Origin: Rhynchobatus australiae
Taxonomy: Eukaryota
Assembly: GCA_034780895.1 (NCBI GenBank)
Contig: JAUZTB010000001.1
Coordinates: forward strand, 131,975,223 to 132,039,222
Length of the DNA stretch: 64,000 nucleotides
Reading direction: 5' to 3'
Both the position numbers and the translations under genes were made by a program. The notes under the pieces are model-generated. The model saw only the letters and a program-made list of their open reading frames with translations, did not search any database and was not told the origin of the DNA. Of the stretch, positions 27,188 to 40,938 are shown piece by piece (positions within the stretch are counted from its first letter, which is position 1; each line of letters opens with the position of its first letter).

Positions 27188-30100
27188 TTTTCTGTTATAA
27201 AATAAAGTGGATCAGAATTGCACATTAATTAAATCAGCAAGCCGCACAATTATTTAAATGTTCTCAAGTGAAATCCCAAACATGTTGCTTCTGCCATAAA
27301 AGCCTGCATATTCACTTGAGTTAGTGCCCAGCAGTATCCTAAATGTTGAAACTTGTTCACATCAAATCTCTTTCCTTCTGCTGAGTTCAATAGTTAACAA
27401 GATCCCTGCCGTTTTGATATGTTATTAGCCAGTTATCTGATAATTGTATTTACACTTGTAATATTAATATGAGTGAATATGTTTCTGACCCTTCAGAGCT
27501 CAGGAATAGTGTGGTGCAATAGTGTGAATACAAGGTGCATGATAAATAGAATCCTGAATACATCAATGAAGAATGCAAACTGATGAAAGAGTGGTAAATA
27601 AAATCTAAAAATTCCAGCAGGGAGAAATGGGAGAGCCAAGCAGGGGCAATAGGACATTCCAGTGCAGAAATCTGGATTCAGATTCCTCACCCTTGTAATT
27701 ACATAAGCCTCAATTAAAAAGCTCTATACTGACTGTAAAGATGTAAAACAGAGGCCAAGAATAACAAAAATGTAAAACAAAATATAAACTGCAACGACTC
27801 TGATATTATTGAGTTAAACAGTGGCAGAGAGGAATGCTGCAAAGGGATCATGGAGGTAAATGAAAAAGGAATGATTAAAAGTATATGTTAATTGCCATAA
27901 TTAAATTTGAAACAGAATGGAACACCCCCAGCACAAGCAAAATCAGAAATGTATACCCAGCAAGTGCAAAACTACAGACTTGTGAATTAGGAAGTTGNNN
28001 NNNNNNNNNNNNNNNNNNNNNNNNNNNNNNNNNNNNNNNNNNNNATTCAGCCTTGAAAGCGACAAATTAATGGGGGTGGTTAAACAGGATTCAAATGGGA
28101 CAAGTAAAATAGCAAGATCTACAAACCAAATCCTGACTGGAGCACAAGGGGACACAACTTACCAAAAGCAAACCTTACTGATGCCAGTTAATTCTCATTT
28201 GTGTAAAAGTCAGCAATGTATTAACTTCCAGGTAGACCAAAAAGGCCCAAATCCATAAAATCAGTAACAAAATGTTTGTGGATGCAAATAGGAAGACTGT
28301 GGTTTTGGATTAACGAGCTAACGAGGCAAGTTAATTCTTTTACCTATTTATCATGATTAAAACAGATTTCAGGAATATGGCAAGAAACAAAAGGTAGGTT
28401 CAGAAGCACCAATATAATGGGAGTGGGCTTCTTACTGGAACTATTCCAGGACTTTACCTGAATGCTACCCATTCTTAAAAAGGAAACAAAATAAGATAGG
28501 AACAATTTCAAAAAGTAATCGATGGGTAGTGCAGTTGGGGACTTGGCACCAGTGAACTGCTAAGAAATCCAGCAGTTTTCCTGTGAAGCGGTAAATCATT
28601 CATTCTGTGACCAACTTACCATGCTGGCAAAAATCAAATGCATTAAACTGACCTGAAAAAACCTTCCTAAATTAGCAGTTCTCAAAGATTAACACCAATG
28701 CTGCAGATAATACGATTTTACAGCCTAGATATGGCCTAGTTATGGCCCATAGCAATAACCTCCACAGTTATTAAAGATGGTCTGGAGGAAAAGAGAATAC
28801 TTGCTTTGAAATGAAATCATCTTAGTACAAAAATATGTTTCTCCTAACCTTTGTTACATACAAGGAATCGTTCACAGTGGCATTAAAACTAATATGGCAG
28901 ATTTCTGAGGGCAGAATCCCACTATGTATGGAGTGGAGTCCAAGAGTACTATTAATCTTGTTATTGCTGCATCAACGGAGGTGGTAGTGTCAGTTAGTGC
29001 CACATAGGAAAACAAAATCATGATGCTACTACAGTACTAATAGAGAAACATGCAATACCAGCTATTTTAAATATATTGTCAGTAAATTTTGCGATCAACA
29101 GTTGAATTGTTCTGCAATAAAATAGAATAGGTTCCTATAATTTAAACTCAAATGATTTATTCCAAGAGATTAATAAAATGCAGAAATGGCAAAGGGATTT
29201 TTATTTTAAAATATCCCTAATGTCTATCTTAGTGNNNNNNNNNNNNNNNNNNNNNNNNNNNNNNNNNNNNNNNNNNNNNNNNNNNNNNNNNNNNNNNNNN
29301 NNNNNNNNNNNNNNNNNNNNNNNNNNNNNNNNNNNNNNNNNNNNNNNNNNNNNNNNNNNNNNNNNNNNNNNNNNNNNNNAATAATACTGCCAAAAGTAGA
29401 AAATATTCTTGAAAATCTATATATAATTATGAACAACCAAAATATTATGTTTCTGAGCAAGCCCTGCAACATTCTTATGAAGCAGAAAGATGGAATCTAG
29501 TGTCATTTGAAACAGACTATTATGATTTAAGTAATTTAACCCATCTCTTCAATAGAATGGCGCATTGCTCATGAATTAGAAAATAATTTTATTCTGTTCC
29601 AGTTGGCCATGCATGCCCCAGCAAAATAAAATCAGGGAAGACTGAAAACACATGTATCTGAAACATCACACCCTTTCTTCTCTCTACTGAAAATATGTGA
29701 TGATATTTTCATGGTTCTGTTTATGTCAACAGAAATTTCATTCACAGAAGTTGTACTCATAGCATTGGTGAACGTAGTGGTTTACCCACAGAAGCTAAAA
29801 TTGGGCTTTCCTTTTCATACATATCCATTCAAGTGATATGGGTTTCGGAGACTGAGCCAGCATTTAATTGCCCATCCTTAGTTAATCTTGAGAAAGTGGT
29901 GGTGAGCTGCCTTCTTGAACCATCGCAGTCCCTGATGTGTGGGTTATAAAATGATCAACATCAGTGGAACAAATACAACAACTCAAAACGTTGTGCAGCA
30001 TTTCCTATTACGTAGAATCCATCTCAAATACTCCCTCAACTATAAATTTCCAAATAAAAATTGATTACACTCTGCATATTTACAGAAATTTGCATTATTT

Positions 30101-30343
30101 GCTTTGTTTGTTGAGACTTGTGTGTGGAGAAACAAAAAGTGTGGATGAAGCAAATAAGTAACTATGTAATGATTAAGAATAATGAGCAGAAGATTGGTCA
30201 AAGAGACATGATTTTAAGGCAAGATCAGAGATTTCAGAGAGCTCCAAGATCTGCTGCCAACAATAGAGCAAAGGCACAGAAGTAAGAAAGCCAAAAAATG
30301 ATAGCTTTTTTTTATTATCAATGAATCTTCCAGTACTGAATCA

Positions 30344-30492
30344 GAGACACAAGAGACGACAGATGCTGGAATGTGGAGCAACACACAAAAAGCTGGAGGC
30401 ATTCAGCAGGTCAGGCAGCATCTATGGAGAAAAACAAAAGGACAATCAATGGGCCCAAAATGTCAACTGTCCATTTCCCTCTTTTGATGCTG
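30344..30492. mobile_element. Penelope-type short repeat with exact 14-bp TSD
   Basis: Flanked by CCAGTACTGAATCA at 30330-30343 and 30493-30506; partly inverted arms. Confidence 0.8.
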
Positions 30493-30669
30493 CCAGTACT
30501 GAATCAACTGAAAGTACAGAAATTATTTAATATACTAGCTTCCCAAGAGCAATCCGACCATCAACAGAAAGTGGACATAAGCAGAAAGAGGCATCAGCTG
30601 GAGGGGTTGATCCTGCTTCGTGTAAACAAAATGAGGTACATTTATATTGTGTCTTTTATGGTCTAAAAT

Positions 30670-31050
30670 CACCAGAAAGCAATTCACAGCCAGTGCCATT
30701 TTGAAGTCACTTACGTGGGAAATGCTGCAGCCGATTTGCACATAACAAGCCCTCACAAACAGCAACACAGTAAATCAGTTTCAAATATGTTGATTCAGGG
30801 GTTATTGTTAGTCTGGGAAGCAGGGACAACAGCCCTGCTTTTCTCCAAAAGACAACTGTGCTTTTATTTATATTTTAAAAACCCTGAGCATGCAGAAAGG
30901 GCATCAGGTGAACATCTCCTCTGACAGACACCACTTCCGAGGGTACAGTTTTTCCTCTCAGTACAGCACTGAAGCATCAGTGTAGATTTTTGTGCTCAAG
31001 ATTCTGAAGCGAGACTTGAATCTACAGCCTCCTTACCCAGAAAAGACTGG
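30670..31050 (-). mobile_element. DeuSINE/SacSINE1-like tRNA-derived SINE
   Basis: GGAAATGCTGCAGCCGATTTGCACATAACAAGCCCTCACAAACAGCAA core and a reversed B-box-like head. Related copies at ~7550-7790, ~14990-15220, ~32270-32630 and ~42850-43230. Confidence 0.5.
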
Positions 31051-34000
31051 TACCAAATTAGTGATGGCCCATACCCAAAACATACATTAATAGGTGTGAG
31101 ATGTGAAAATATCACAGCAGAAAGTTAGTATATTTGGAAAACCAGCCAAAACAAAATGCCAAAATGAGATCATTAAAAAAAACAAAACTACAAGAAGAAT
31201 GGTTTTCAAAAAGGAATTTATGTTCTTGAAACATAATCTTATATTTTAAGACTATGACAGTGGCATTCACACAAGGAAAAATATAGCAGATACTTAAAAT
31301 GTGAAATAAAATTAGTAAGAGCTTTGCAAAGATTCCTTCTCCCAATATGCCCCCAAAAACTAGTTTCTGTAAAAAAAGTACAATTTCAAATTTGTATTCC
31401 CCAGGGAGATCAGTCCATTGCATCTAAACTGCAGCTGAATATGTCCCAACAGGTTCATCTCAAGCCAGCTGCATTTACATAATCATGGTTGAGAATGGTA
31501 AATCATTACTGTTAATGACATGTACTAGCTTGGCAGCTTCTAAGTTTATTGATGTAATTAGTGCCTCTACTAAAAGATAGCTTCATCCAACCGAGCTCAA
31601 ACCTGAGCATGTCAATCACACATTACAAAGACNNNNNNNNNNNNNNNNNNNNNNNNNNNNNNNNNNNNNNNNNNNNNNNNNNNNNNNNNNNNNNNNNNNN
31701 NNNNNNNNNNNNNNNNNNNNNNNNNNNNNNNNNNNNNNNNNNNNNNNNNNNNNNNNNNNNNNNNNNNNNNNNNNNNNNNNNNNNNNNNNNNNNNNNNNNN
31801 NNNNNNNNNNNNNNNNNNNNNNNNNNNNNNNNNNNNNNNNNNNNNNNNNNNNNNNNNNNNNNNNNNNNNNNNNNNNNNNNNNNNNNNNNNNNNNNNNNNN
31901 NNNNNNNNNNNNNNNNNNNNNNNNNNNNNNNNNNNNNNNNNNNNNNNNNNNNNNNNNNNNNNNNNNNNNNNNNNNNNNNNNNNNNNNNNNNNNNNNNNNN
32001 NNNNNNNNNNNNNNNNNNNNNNNNNNNNNNNNNNNNNNNNNNNNNNNNNNNNNNNNNNNNNNNNNNNNNNNNNNNNNNNNNNNNNNNNNNNNNNNNNNNN
32101 NNNNNNNNNNNNNNNNNNNNNNNNNNNNNNNNNNNNNNNNNNNNNNNNNNNNNNNNNNNNNNNNNNNNNNNNAGAAATCTTGATAGCCAGAGAAAAATGA
32201 AAAGATATGCTGAATCAGTTCCAGGCTACAGCAAGACTTGGCATCCCAATTGAAACTTTCACGTTTAAGAAAGGTTATGAGTTCGAGTCACTGAAGGGCA
32301 AAACTCTGGGCTGTCACTCCAGTGTTAGAGAAGAAATCATGCATTGCTGAATGTGCCATCTTTCAAATAAGATGTTACTTGGAGGTCCAATATTCCTTTT
32401 CAGATAAATATGAAGTTCCTAGAGCACTATTTCAACGAGTAGAGTGTTCCTTCCATTGGCCCAGCTAGTAATTACCTTCAACCAATATCTACAAAAAGAT
32501 CTGATTTCTTTTTGTGAGAACTTGCTCGTCCACAAATTGACGGCCAAGTCTCCACATTGCAGCAGTGATTTTATTGACTGTTAATTTTTTTTTGAAGTCT
32601 TGGAGTGAAAGGTACAATACAAATATAACACTCATACGTGCATAAGCTCAGAGGCTGAAGTCCAAGCTGTCACCTACATCGAAACATACTAAAGGAAGAG
32701 CCTTGCACTGAATGTTGTATGGCCAGAAAAGTGGTAAATGGAATTTAACCCACAGAAGTAGCTGTATTTGAGGAAAGCAAAGCATTCAATAGAAATGGAA
32801 AACATGTCTATCAACTTGCCCAATGCCACCCACACCCGTCAAGCATCACCTGCTTCACCTTTCGTAGAATTTGAAGATCCTGCATGGATTTCACTCACCT
32901 TTGATATCACAGAACTGAACTGGAAGGAAGTCATTCTTGACCCCAAAGAACTGCCCAAGATTGTGCAGCATTCTGGTCACATTACAAGGAGAATATAATT
33001 ACACCAGAGCACAGCAAGGATTTACAAAAATACTGACAAAGTTGGACAAGTTGAGTCATATCAAAAGACTGGCTGGATTTGGGCTGTTTCTTTTAGAACA
33101 GAGGAAGTGGATAGCTACTTAATTGAGGTAGATAAAGTGGTGACAATTACAGGACAGATTTATTTTAACTGAGGGGTCACCATCAAGGACACAGACCTAA
33201 AGCAAGTGAGGAGTGAAGGAGAGTTGAGGAATTGCTTTCCTAAACGCAAGGTGCAGAGAGACTGAGCATGTGTTGTTTTAAAGAACGGTAGAGGTAAAAA
33301 TCCTCAAAACATTTAAATAAGTACCTGAACGAGCACTTCATTTACTGTAACCTACAAACAGACACAGTAAATTTTACNNNNNNNNNNNNNNNNNNNNNNN
33401 NNNNNNNNNNNNNNNNNNNNNNNNNNNNNNNNNNNNNNNNNNNNNNNNNNNNNNNNNNNNNNNNNNNNNNNNNNNNNNNNNNNNNNNNNNNNNNNNNNNN
33501 NNNNNNNNNNNNNNNNNNNNNNNNNNNNNNNNNNNNNNNNNNNNNNNNNNNNNNNNNNNNNNNNNNNNNNNNNNNNNNNNNNNNNNNNNNNNATTTTTGT
33601 AGTTAAAACTATTATGCAAATACAAATTTCTGTCTCATTGTTTGACTATACACAGGCTCAATCACGTAGACATAGGAGAAAGGTTAGACTTTCTAATGGC
33701 GTGTGGAAACTTACCTTAAAACACAATTTGCCCCTAGGCACAGAAAAGACATGAATTGCTGCTGGATATGGTCCTACTTGTATTGTGGGGTGAAGTTCAA
33801 TAACACTGGCAGAGTTGTAGACAACACAGACAAAATTATGGAAAAAAAATAAATGCTTTTTAGTTATGGCAATTTGCTGAAGTCCGTAGGAATATTCATT
33901 TCTGAAGGATAAAAAGAAAACAAATCTACATAAACAACAGCTGTGCTTTAAAAACAATATTTGTTTTGCTTAATTTTGTTTATCATTATATCTGGAGCGT

Positions 34001-34439
34001 TTTACCATGGAGAGCAAATATAGTCAAACGACGTTCAATTTTTCACAAGGCCCTTTTTCAACCTCTCCTTTAATTTAACACTGTGCAGGAAAGTTTCAAC
34101 CTTGCTTCCCAGTAGTTGTTAAGTTAGCTGATGAAAGCACAGTGACACTAGGCCACTGTATATTGTTAAAAACACCAAATATTTGGAGCTGATATGGCGT
34201 TTTATTTGTGACTTGAAACTGGAATTGAGGAGTAAAAGAGAGATTTTGGTTAGAAAAGAGAAAGCAATTATAGAATGGGTTCCTGCTGCTGAGCAACATC
34301 CAGTAATGAGAAGGAATATCAGGTAAAGATGGAATCAGGCTTGGCCCCAACGTCACTGCTCTCCTACCTTGGCAGAAAAATCTCCCAACACTCACTACGT
34401 AGTGTAACCCATGAAGAATTATTGAACCGAGTGCCCCAT

Positions 34440-34955
34440 AATCAACATGTCTTGAACAGGGAGGAGGAGGTTGCCAGGACTATTGCCAGGAATAGGAGGA
34501 CCCAAGTTACAGGGAGTGGTCAGCCAAACTAGGCCTTTATCCCTTGGATCGTAGGAGAATGAGAGGTGACCTTATAGAAGTATTTAAAATTATGAGAGGC
34601 CTAGATAAAGTGGATGGTAATAGTCTTTTCCCCAGGATAAGGAAGAGTCCAAAACTAGGGGGCATAGGTTTAGGGTATGAGGGGAAAGATTGAAAAGGAA
34701 CCTGAGGGGGCAACTCCCCCCCCCCCCCACCCCACGCAGAGGGTGGTGAGTATTATGGAATGAGCTGCCAGAGGAAGTGGTGAAGGCCAATACGATAGTA
34801 TCATTTAAGCAGCACTTGGATAGGTGCATGGAGGGGTGGGGCTTGGAAGGATATGGACCCAACACAGGAAATTGAGACAAGTGGACAACATGGTCGTCAT
34901 TGACTAACTGGGCTGAAGGGCCTGTATCTGTGCTGTATGGCTCTACAACTCTATG
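34440..34955 (+). mobile_element. CR1-type LINE 3' fragment
   Basis: RRMRGDLIEVFKIMRGLD...WNELPEEVV, ending in GGGCTGAAGGGCCTGT tail. Confidence 0.8.
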
Positions 34956-35734
34956 TGGAAAAATAATTGCAAAAAGTTATGAATAGCTATACTTTCCAAG
35001 TAAATTATTTCAACACAAATAGTCCAGCATCAAACTTCACTGCACCTAGACTGAATGGCTGGAACAGGGGTTTTCAAACTTTTCTGTGCAGGGAATCCAC
35101 TTCAAATATTAATACTGGCAGAAACACTTCTCCTAACTTCCAAAGGTGGAGAGTGAGCTAATCGAAGCGAATTCAATCCTTGCAGAAACATGCAGTATTT
35201 CTTGCTGCATTTACAATCTCCAAGTCAAGAAGTTGGGGACATTGTAATTTGACCTCGTGGTTATTCAATGAAACCCACTAGAGCGAGAAACAAACACATA
35301 GAATCATGGGAGATTCTTAATGGCAGGATGTTATTGGAATCATCTACTCATAGGATTATACAAGTTTATAGTTCACAAGAAGATCAGATAGCTAATCTCG
35401 TAGATCGNNNNNNNNNNNNNNNNNNNNNNNNNNNNNNNNNNNNNNNNNNNNNNNNNNNNNNNNNNNNTGCATATCCAGCCTTTTTTCCTAAAATTGCGAG
35501 GAAGGTTTCTGCCTTCACCATTCCTTCAGACCGTGCACTCCAGATGTCTACCTGCATCTGGGTAAAAACATTTTTCATAAATTTAAAGTAGCTTTAAAAC
35601 AAAACCACGTGCCTGGTACTGACCCATTAAGGGTGACAGGCCTTTCTCATCTTCTCCACAGACATTATATTCTTAGCCACAACTATTATATCTGTTCCCA
35701 TGTCCCAAAGAAGACCGAAATTCATTTTTAGTCT

Positions 35735-38700
35735 TAGAGCTTTCAGATGACAGTGGCATGCTCCTCCTGCAGGATGTGGGAGATCAGGGAGACCTCAGTA
35801 TCCCTGAGGACTACACCTGTGGGAAGAGTGTCCAGCTGCAGCTCCTGACTGACCATGTGAAGAAGCTGGAGTTGGAGCTGGATGCACTCAGGATCATCTG
35901 AGATGCTAAGAGCATCATAGATATGAGTTTAGTGAAGTGGTCACACCCAAGGTATAGGCAGAACATAGTTGGGTGATCACCAAGAAAAGGGAGTAGACAG
36001 ATAGTGCAGGATTCCCCTATGGTCATTCCCCTTGAAAACAAGTATACCATTTTGGATACTGTTGGGGAGGTTGGAAATGACCGTTCAGAAGGCAGCAAAA
36101 ACCAGTCTGTGGCACCAAGACTGGCTCTGAAGCTCAGCAGTGAAGAATGAAGGCAGACAGGACTCTAGTGATAGGAGACTCGCTAGTTGAGCGGGGTGGT
36201 GGGGGGGTGCAAACAGGAGATCCTGATGCCACAAAAGGGACTCTAGAATGATGCTTTACCTCCTTGGGGCCAAGGTCCAGGATGTCACACAGCAACTACA
36301 GAACATTTTCAAGGGGGAAGAGGGAGCAGTCAGAAGTCGTTGTGCACATTGGCATAAATGCCGTGGGTAGGGGAAGGGATGAGGTCCTGCAGAAGTAGGG
36401 AAGAAGTTAAAAAGCAGGACTGAGGATAGTAATCTCTGGATTACTTCCAGTGCCACATGCTAGTGAGGGTAAGAATAGAAGGATATGGCAAATGAATGTA
36501 CGGCTGAAATATTGGTGTACGGGGCAGGGATTCAGATTTTTGGACCATTAGGTTCTCTTCTGGGGCAGAGCTGACCTGTATAAGAGGGACAGGTTACACC
36601 TAAACTGCAGGGGGACCAATATCCTGACAGGCAGATGACAGTGCTAGTAGGGTGGGTTTAAACTAGATTGATGGGGGGGGGGGGGGTGGGGGAGGGAATC
36701 CCAAGCANNNNNNNNNNNNNNNNNNNNNNNNNNNNNNNNNNNNNNNNNNNNNNNNNNNNNNNNNNNNNNNNNNNNNNNNNNNNNNNNNNNNNNNNNNNNN
36801 NNNNNNNNNNNNNNNNNNNNNNNNNNNNNNNNNNNNNNNNNNNNNNNNNNNNNNNNNNNNNNNNNNNNNNNNNNNNNNNNNNNNNNNNNNNNNNNNNNNN
36901 NNNNNNNNNNNNNNNNNNNNNNNNNNNNNNNNNNNNNNNNNNNNNNNNNNNNNNNNNNNNNNNNNNNNNNNNNNNNNNNNNNNNNNNNNNNNNNNNNNNN
37001 NNNNNAGTCAGAGATGAAATTACTGAAGAATCATCCAGTAAGGCTTTATGGGTGCAGCTAAGAATTAAGAAGGGGATGATCACATTGCAACACACACAAA
37101 AATGCTAGAGGAACTCAGCAGGTCAGGCAGCATCTATAGAGAGAAATGAACACCAACGCTTTGGGCCAAGACCATCAGGACTGGAAAGAGGGCAGAAGCC
37201 AGAATAAAAGGGTGGGGGGAGGGGGAGGAGCACGAGCGGGGGGGGGGTGTGGGAATGATGTAAGAAGCTTGGAAGAGGCAAAGGGCTGACCAAGATGGAA
37301 TCTGATAGGAGAGGACAGTAAACCATGGAATAAAGGGAAGGTGGGGAACCAGAGTGGAGGTGTGTGTGTGATGGGCAGGTCATGAAGAGGAAACAGAAGG
37401 GGTAAAAGGGGCCAGCAGGATAAGGAAAAACCCAAAAGGAGCAGGGAGGAAAAATTGGAATTGTACTACAGGCCCCCAAATAGTCAACGGGAATTAGAAG
37501 AACAGACATGCAGGGATATTGTGCAGAGTTGTAAGAATAATAGGGTTCTCATAGTAGGAGATTTTATAATTTTCCTAACGTAGCCTGGGACTGCCATACT
37601 GTTAAAGGGCTTAGATCGGGTAAAATTTGTTAAGTGCATTCAGGAAACTTTCCTTATATAGGTCACTAGGAGAGGCCAAAGCTGAACCCACTCTTGGGAA
37701 ATAGGGTGGGGCAAGTGACTGAGGTGACAGTGGAGAAGCACTTTGGGACAAATTACCATAATCCTATTAGTTTTTAAATAGTTATGGAAAGGGAAAGAAC
37801 TGGTCCACAGGTTCAAGGTCTAAATTGGGCCAAGGTAATTTTTATGATATGAGACAGGAGCTTGCAAAGGTTGACTGGAGTAGGTTGTTTGTGGGCAAAG
37901 GGACCACAGACAAGTGGGAGGCTTTTAAAAGGCAAGATAGTGAGAGCTCAAGGTCTGCATGTTCCTGTTAGAGTGAAGAGCAAGGCTGGTAGGANNNNNN
38001 NNNNNNNNNNNNNNNNNNNNNNNNNNNNNNNNNNNNNNNNNNNNNNNNNNNNNNNNNNNNNNNNNNNNNNNNNNNNNNNNNNNNNNNNNNNNNNNNNNNN
38101 NNNNNNNNNNNNNNNNNNNNNNNNNNNNNNNNNNNNNNNNNNNNNNNNNNNNNNNNNNNNNNNNNNNNNNNNNNNNNNNNNNNNNNNNNNNNNNNNNNNN
38201 NNNNNNNNNNNNNNNNNNNNNNNNNNNNNNNNNNNNNNNNNNNNNNNNNNNNNNNNNNNNNNNNNNNNNNNNNNNNNNNNNNNNNNNNNNNNNNNNNNNN
38301 NNNNNNNNNNNNNNNNNNNNNNNNNNNNNNNNNNNNNNNNNNNNNNNNNNNNNNNNNNNNNNNNNNNNNNNNNNNNNNNNNNNNNNNNNNNNNNNNNNNN
38401 NNNNNNNNNNNNNNNNNNNNNNNNNNNNNNNNNNNNNNNNNNNNNNNNNNNNNNNNNNNNNNNNNNNNNNNNNNNNNNNNNNNNNNNNNNNNNNNNNNNN
38501 NNNNNNNNNNNNNNNNNNNNNNNNNNNNNNNNNNNNNNNNNNNNNNNNNNNNNNNNNNNNNNNNGGAAGACTTCGGAACTAGGAAAAGTAAATAGGAAGG
38601 TCTTGGGGACAGTCTGCATTAAAGGGGGTGCTAGATGTCCCAAAAGGTATGAAGGTAAACAAATCTCCAGGGCTCCTGCAATTTCTGCTCTACCCTCCCA

Positions 38701-40146
38701 CAAGAACACTGTGGGAGAGTAGAAAAGACACTGTGGAGCCTTGGCTGAGATATTTGCATCATTGTCAGCCACGGGTGAGGTGCTGGTAGACTGGAAGGAA
38801 GCAAATGTTGTGCCTTTATTTAAGAAGGCAGCAAAGAAAACCCTGGGAACTATAAGCCAGTAAGTCTAACATCTGTGGTAGGTAAGTTATTGGAGAGGAT
38901 TCTGAGGGATAATATAGTTGTACATCTGGAAAGACAGGGGTTAATTAGGGATAGTCAACATGGCTTTGGTGGCTTTGTGCATGGGAAGTTTTTTTTGATG
39001 AAGTGACCAAGAAAGTTGATGAGAGCAGGGTGGTAGATGTGGTTTACATGGACTTCAGTAAGGCCTTTGACAAGGTTCCACATGGTAGGCTGCTCTGGAA
39101 GGTTATATCGCATGGAATCCAGTGAGAGCTGGCTAATTAGATACACATTTGGCTTGTGGAGGCCCATAACGCATGGTGTGCCTCAGGGGTCGGTGCTAGG
39201 CTCATTGTTGTTTGTCATCTAGGTCAATGATTTGGATAAGAATGCGGAAGGCATAGTTAGTAAGTTTGCAGATGATATGAAAATAGGTGGCATAGTGGAC
39301 AATGAGGAAGGTTATCAAAAATGACAGTGGGATCTTAATCAGCTAAGTGGGCCGAGGAATGGCAAATGGAGTTTAATTCAGATAAGTACAGGATGTTGCC
39401 TTTTGGAAAGTCAAATCGAAGTTGGACTTTCACAGTGAACGGCAGGGCCCTGGGGAGTGTTGTAGAAGAGGGACCTTGGAGTACATGTATATGGTTCACT
39501 GAAAGTGGAATCAGATAGACAGGGCGGTGAAGAAGACAGGGCATTAAGTACAAAAGTTGGGAGGTGATGATGTAGTTGTACAGGATGTTGGTGAGGTCGC
39601 ACTTGAAGCATTGGGTTCAGTTTGGGTCACCCTGCGATAGGGAAGATGTTATTAAACTGGAAAGAGTGCAGAAAACATTTACAAGGATGCTGGCATGACT
39701 TGAGGACCAAGTTATAGGGAGAGGATGGACAGGATAGGACTTTATTCCTCAGAGCATAGGTGATCTTATAGAGGTGTATAAAATGAGGGACACAGATAAG
39801 GTAAAAGTCTCCCCCGCCCCCCACCAGAGCTGGGGTATCAAGAACTAGAGGACCTAAATTTAAGGTGAGAGGGGAAAGATTTAAAAGGAACTTAAGGGGT
39901 AACTTTTTTATTATTATTATGAACACAAGAAGTGGTATCTATGTGGAATCAGCTGCCAGAGGAAGTGGTTGAGACAGGTACTACAACAACAACATTTGAA
40001 AGACAGTCGGGCTACACATGGATTGGAAAGGTTTAGGTTATAGGCCAAACGCTGGCAAATGGGACCAGCTTGGATGGAGCACCTTGGTCAGCATTGACCA
40101 CTTGGGCTGAAGGGCCTGTTTTCATGATGTATAACTATGACTCTAA
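35735..40146 (+). mobile_element. Near full-length, inactivated CR1-clade LINE (ORF1 esterase plus ORF2 APE-RT)
   Basis: ORF1 CSSCRMWE..YTCGK..LELELDAL with GDSLV/VVVHIG SGNH-like motifs. ORF2 YYRPPNS, DVVYMDFSKAFDKVPHGRL, GVPQGSVLG, KFADD. 3' GGGCTGAAGGGCCTG..TATGACTCTA tail. Many frameshifts and two N gaps. Confidence 0.88.
37088..37440 (-). mobile_element. Penelope-type element nested in the CR1 endonuclease domain
   Basis: Splits KKGMITL / GLYYRPPNS. Begins with family core AATGCTAGAGGAACTCAGCAGGTCAGGCAGCATC; reverse CAGTC-CTGATG..GCCC-AAAGCGTT. Confidence 0.7.
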
Positions 40147-40524
40147 GATAAGATCAGTCTATTCAAGCGTTCCACAAAGCTAAAACTCTCCAGCCTTCTT
40201 CTTCAATCTACTCTGTTCCCTCTCTAATACTGAACTACATCCTTGTCGTATAGTGGTCAATACAGAAGTCAACACTCTACCAGTGCCTTAATAAGTGTTT
40301 CTGAAAGTTCCAGCACAACCTTCCTGTTATTCTGCTCTATAATCACAGATTAAAAAGGAATCCAGTGCACTTTAACCAACCTATATGTCCCGTGATCTGC
40401 AGGATTTGCTGATGTCCACTCTCTAATTCTGTTTCTACACATTTCAGGAGCATTTCAACCAATTACGTATTTCTTTTCCCAGTGTACTCCTGAACAAACA
40501 CCCTACCAAGTAAAAAATGTTACA

Positions 40525-40938
40525 GGAGAGACTGTAGATACTGGAATCTGGAGCAACAAGCAATCTGATAGAGGAATTCAGTTGGTCAAGCAGCATCTCG
40601 TGAAGGCCTGGGGGAAGGAATTGTCGACATTCCCAGGAATGTCAAATACTAGAGGGCATAGCTTTAAGGTGAGAGGGGAAGATTTAATGATATGCAGGGC
40701 AAGTGGGTTTTATTTTAGTTAAGGAGTCCTAGTGCCTGGAATGTGCTGCCAGGGCCGGCGGTGGAATCAGACACGATAGTGCCATTTAAGAGGCATTTAG
40801 ACAGGCACATGAACATGCAGAGAATGGAAGAATATGGATCATGTGCAGGCAGATAGGTTTAGTTTAATTTGGCATCATGATTAGCACAGATATCATGGAT
40901 TGAAGGGCCTGTTCCTGTGCTGTACTATTCTATGTTCT
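40525..40938. mobile_element. Penelope-type arm adjoining a CR1 3' end
   Basis: GATACTGGAATCTGGAGCAAC..GGAATTCAG core, then CR1 tail GAAGGGCCTGTTCCTGTGCTGTACTATTCTATGTTC. Confidence 0.7.

Noticed and set aside
37123-37509. Pro/Ser-rich 128-aa ORF
   Set aside because: Translation of a purine/pyrimidine-skewed repeat segment nested in CR1; not a host gene.
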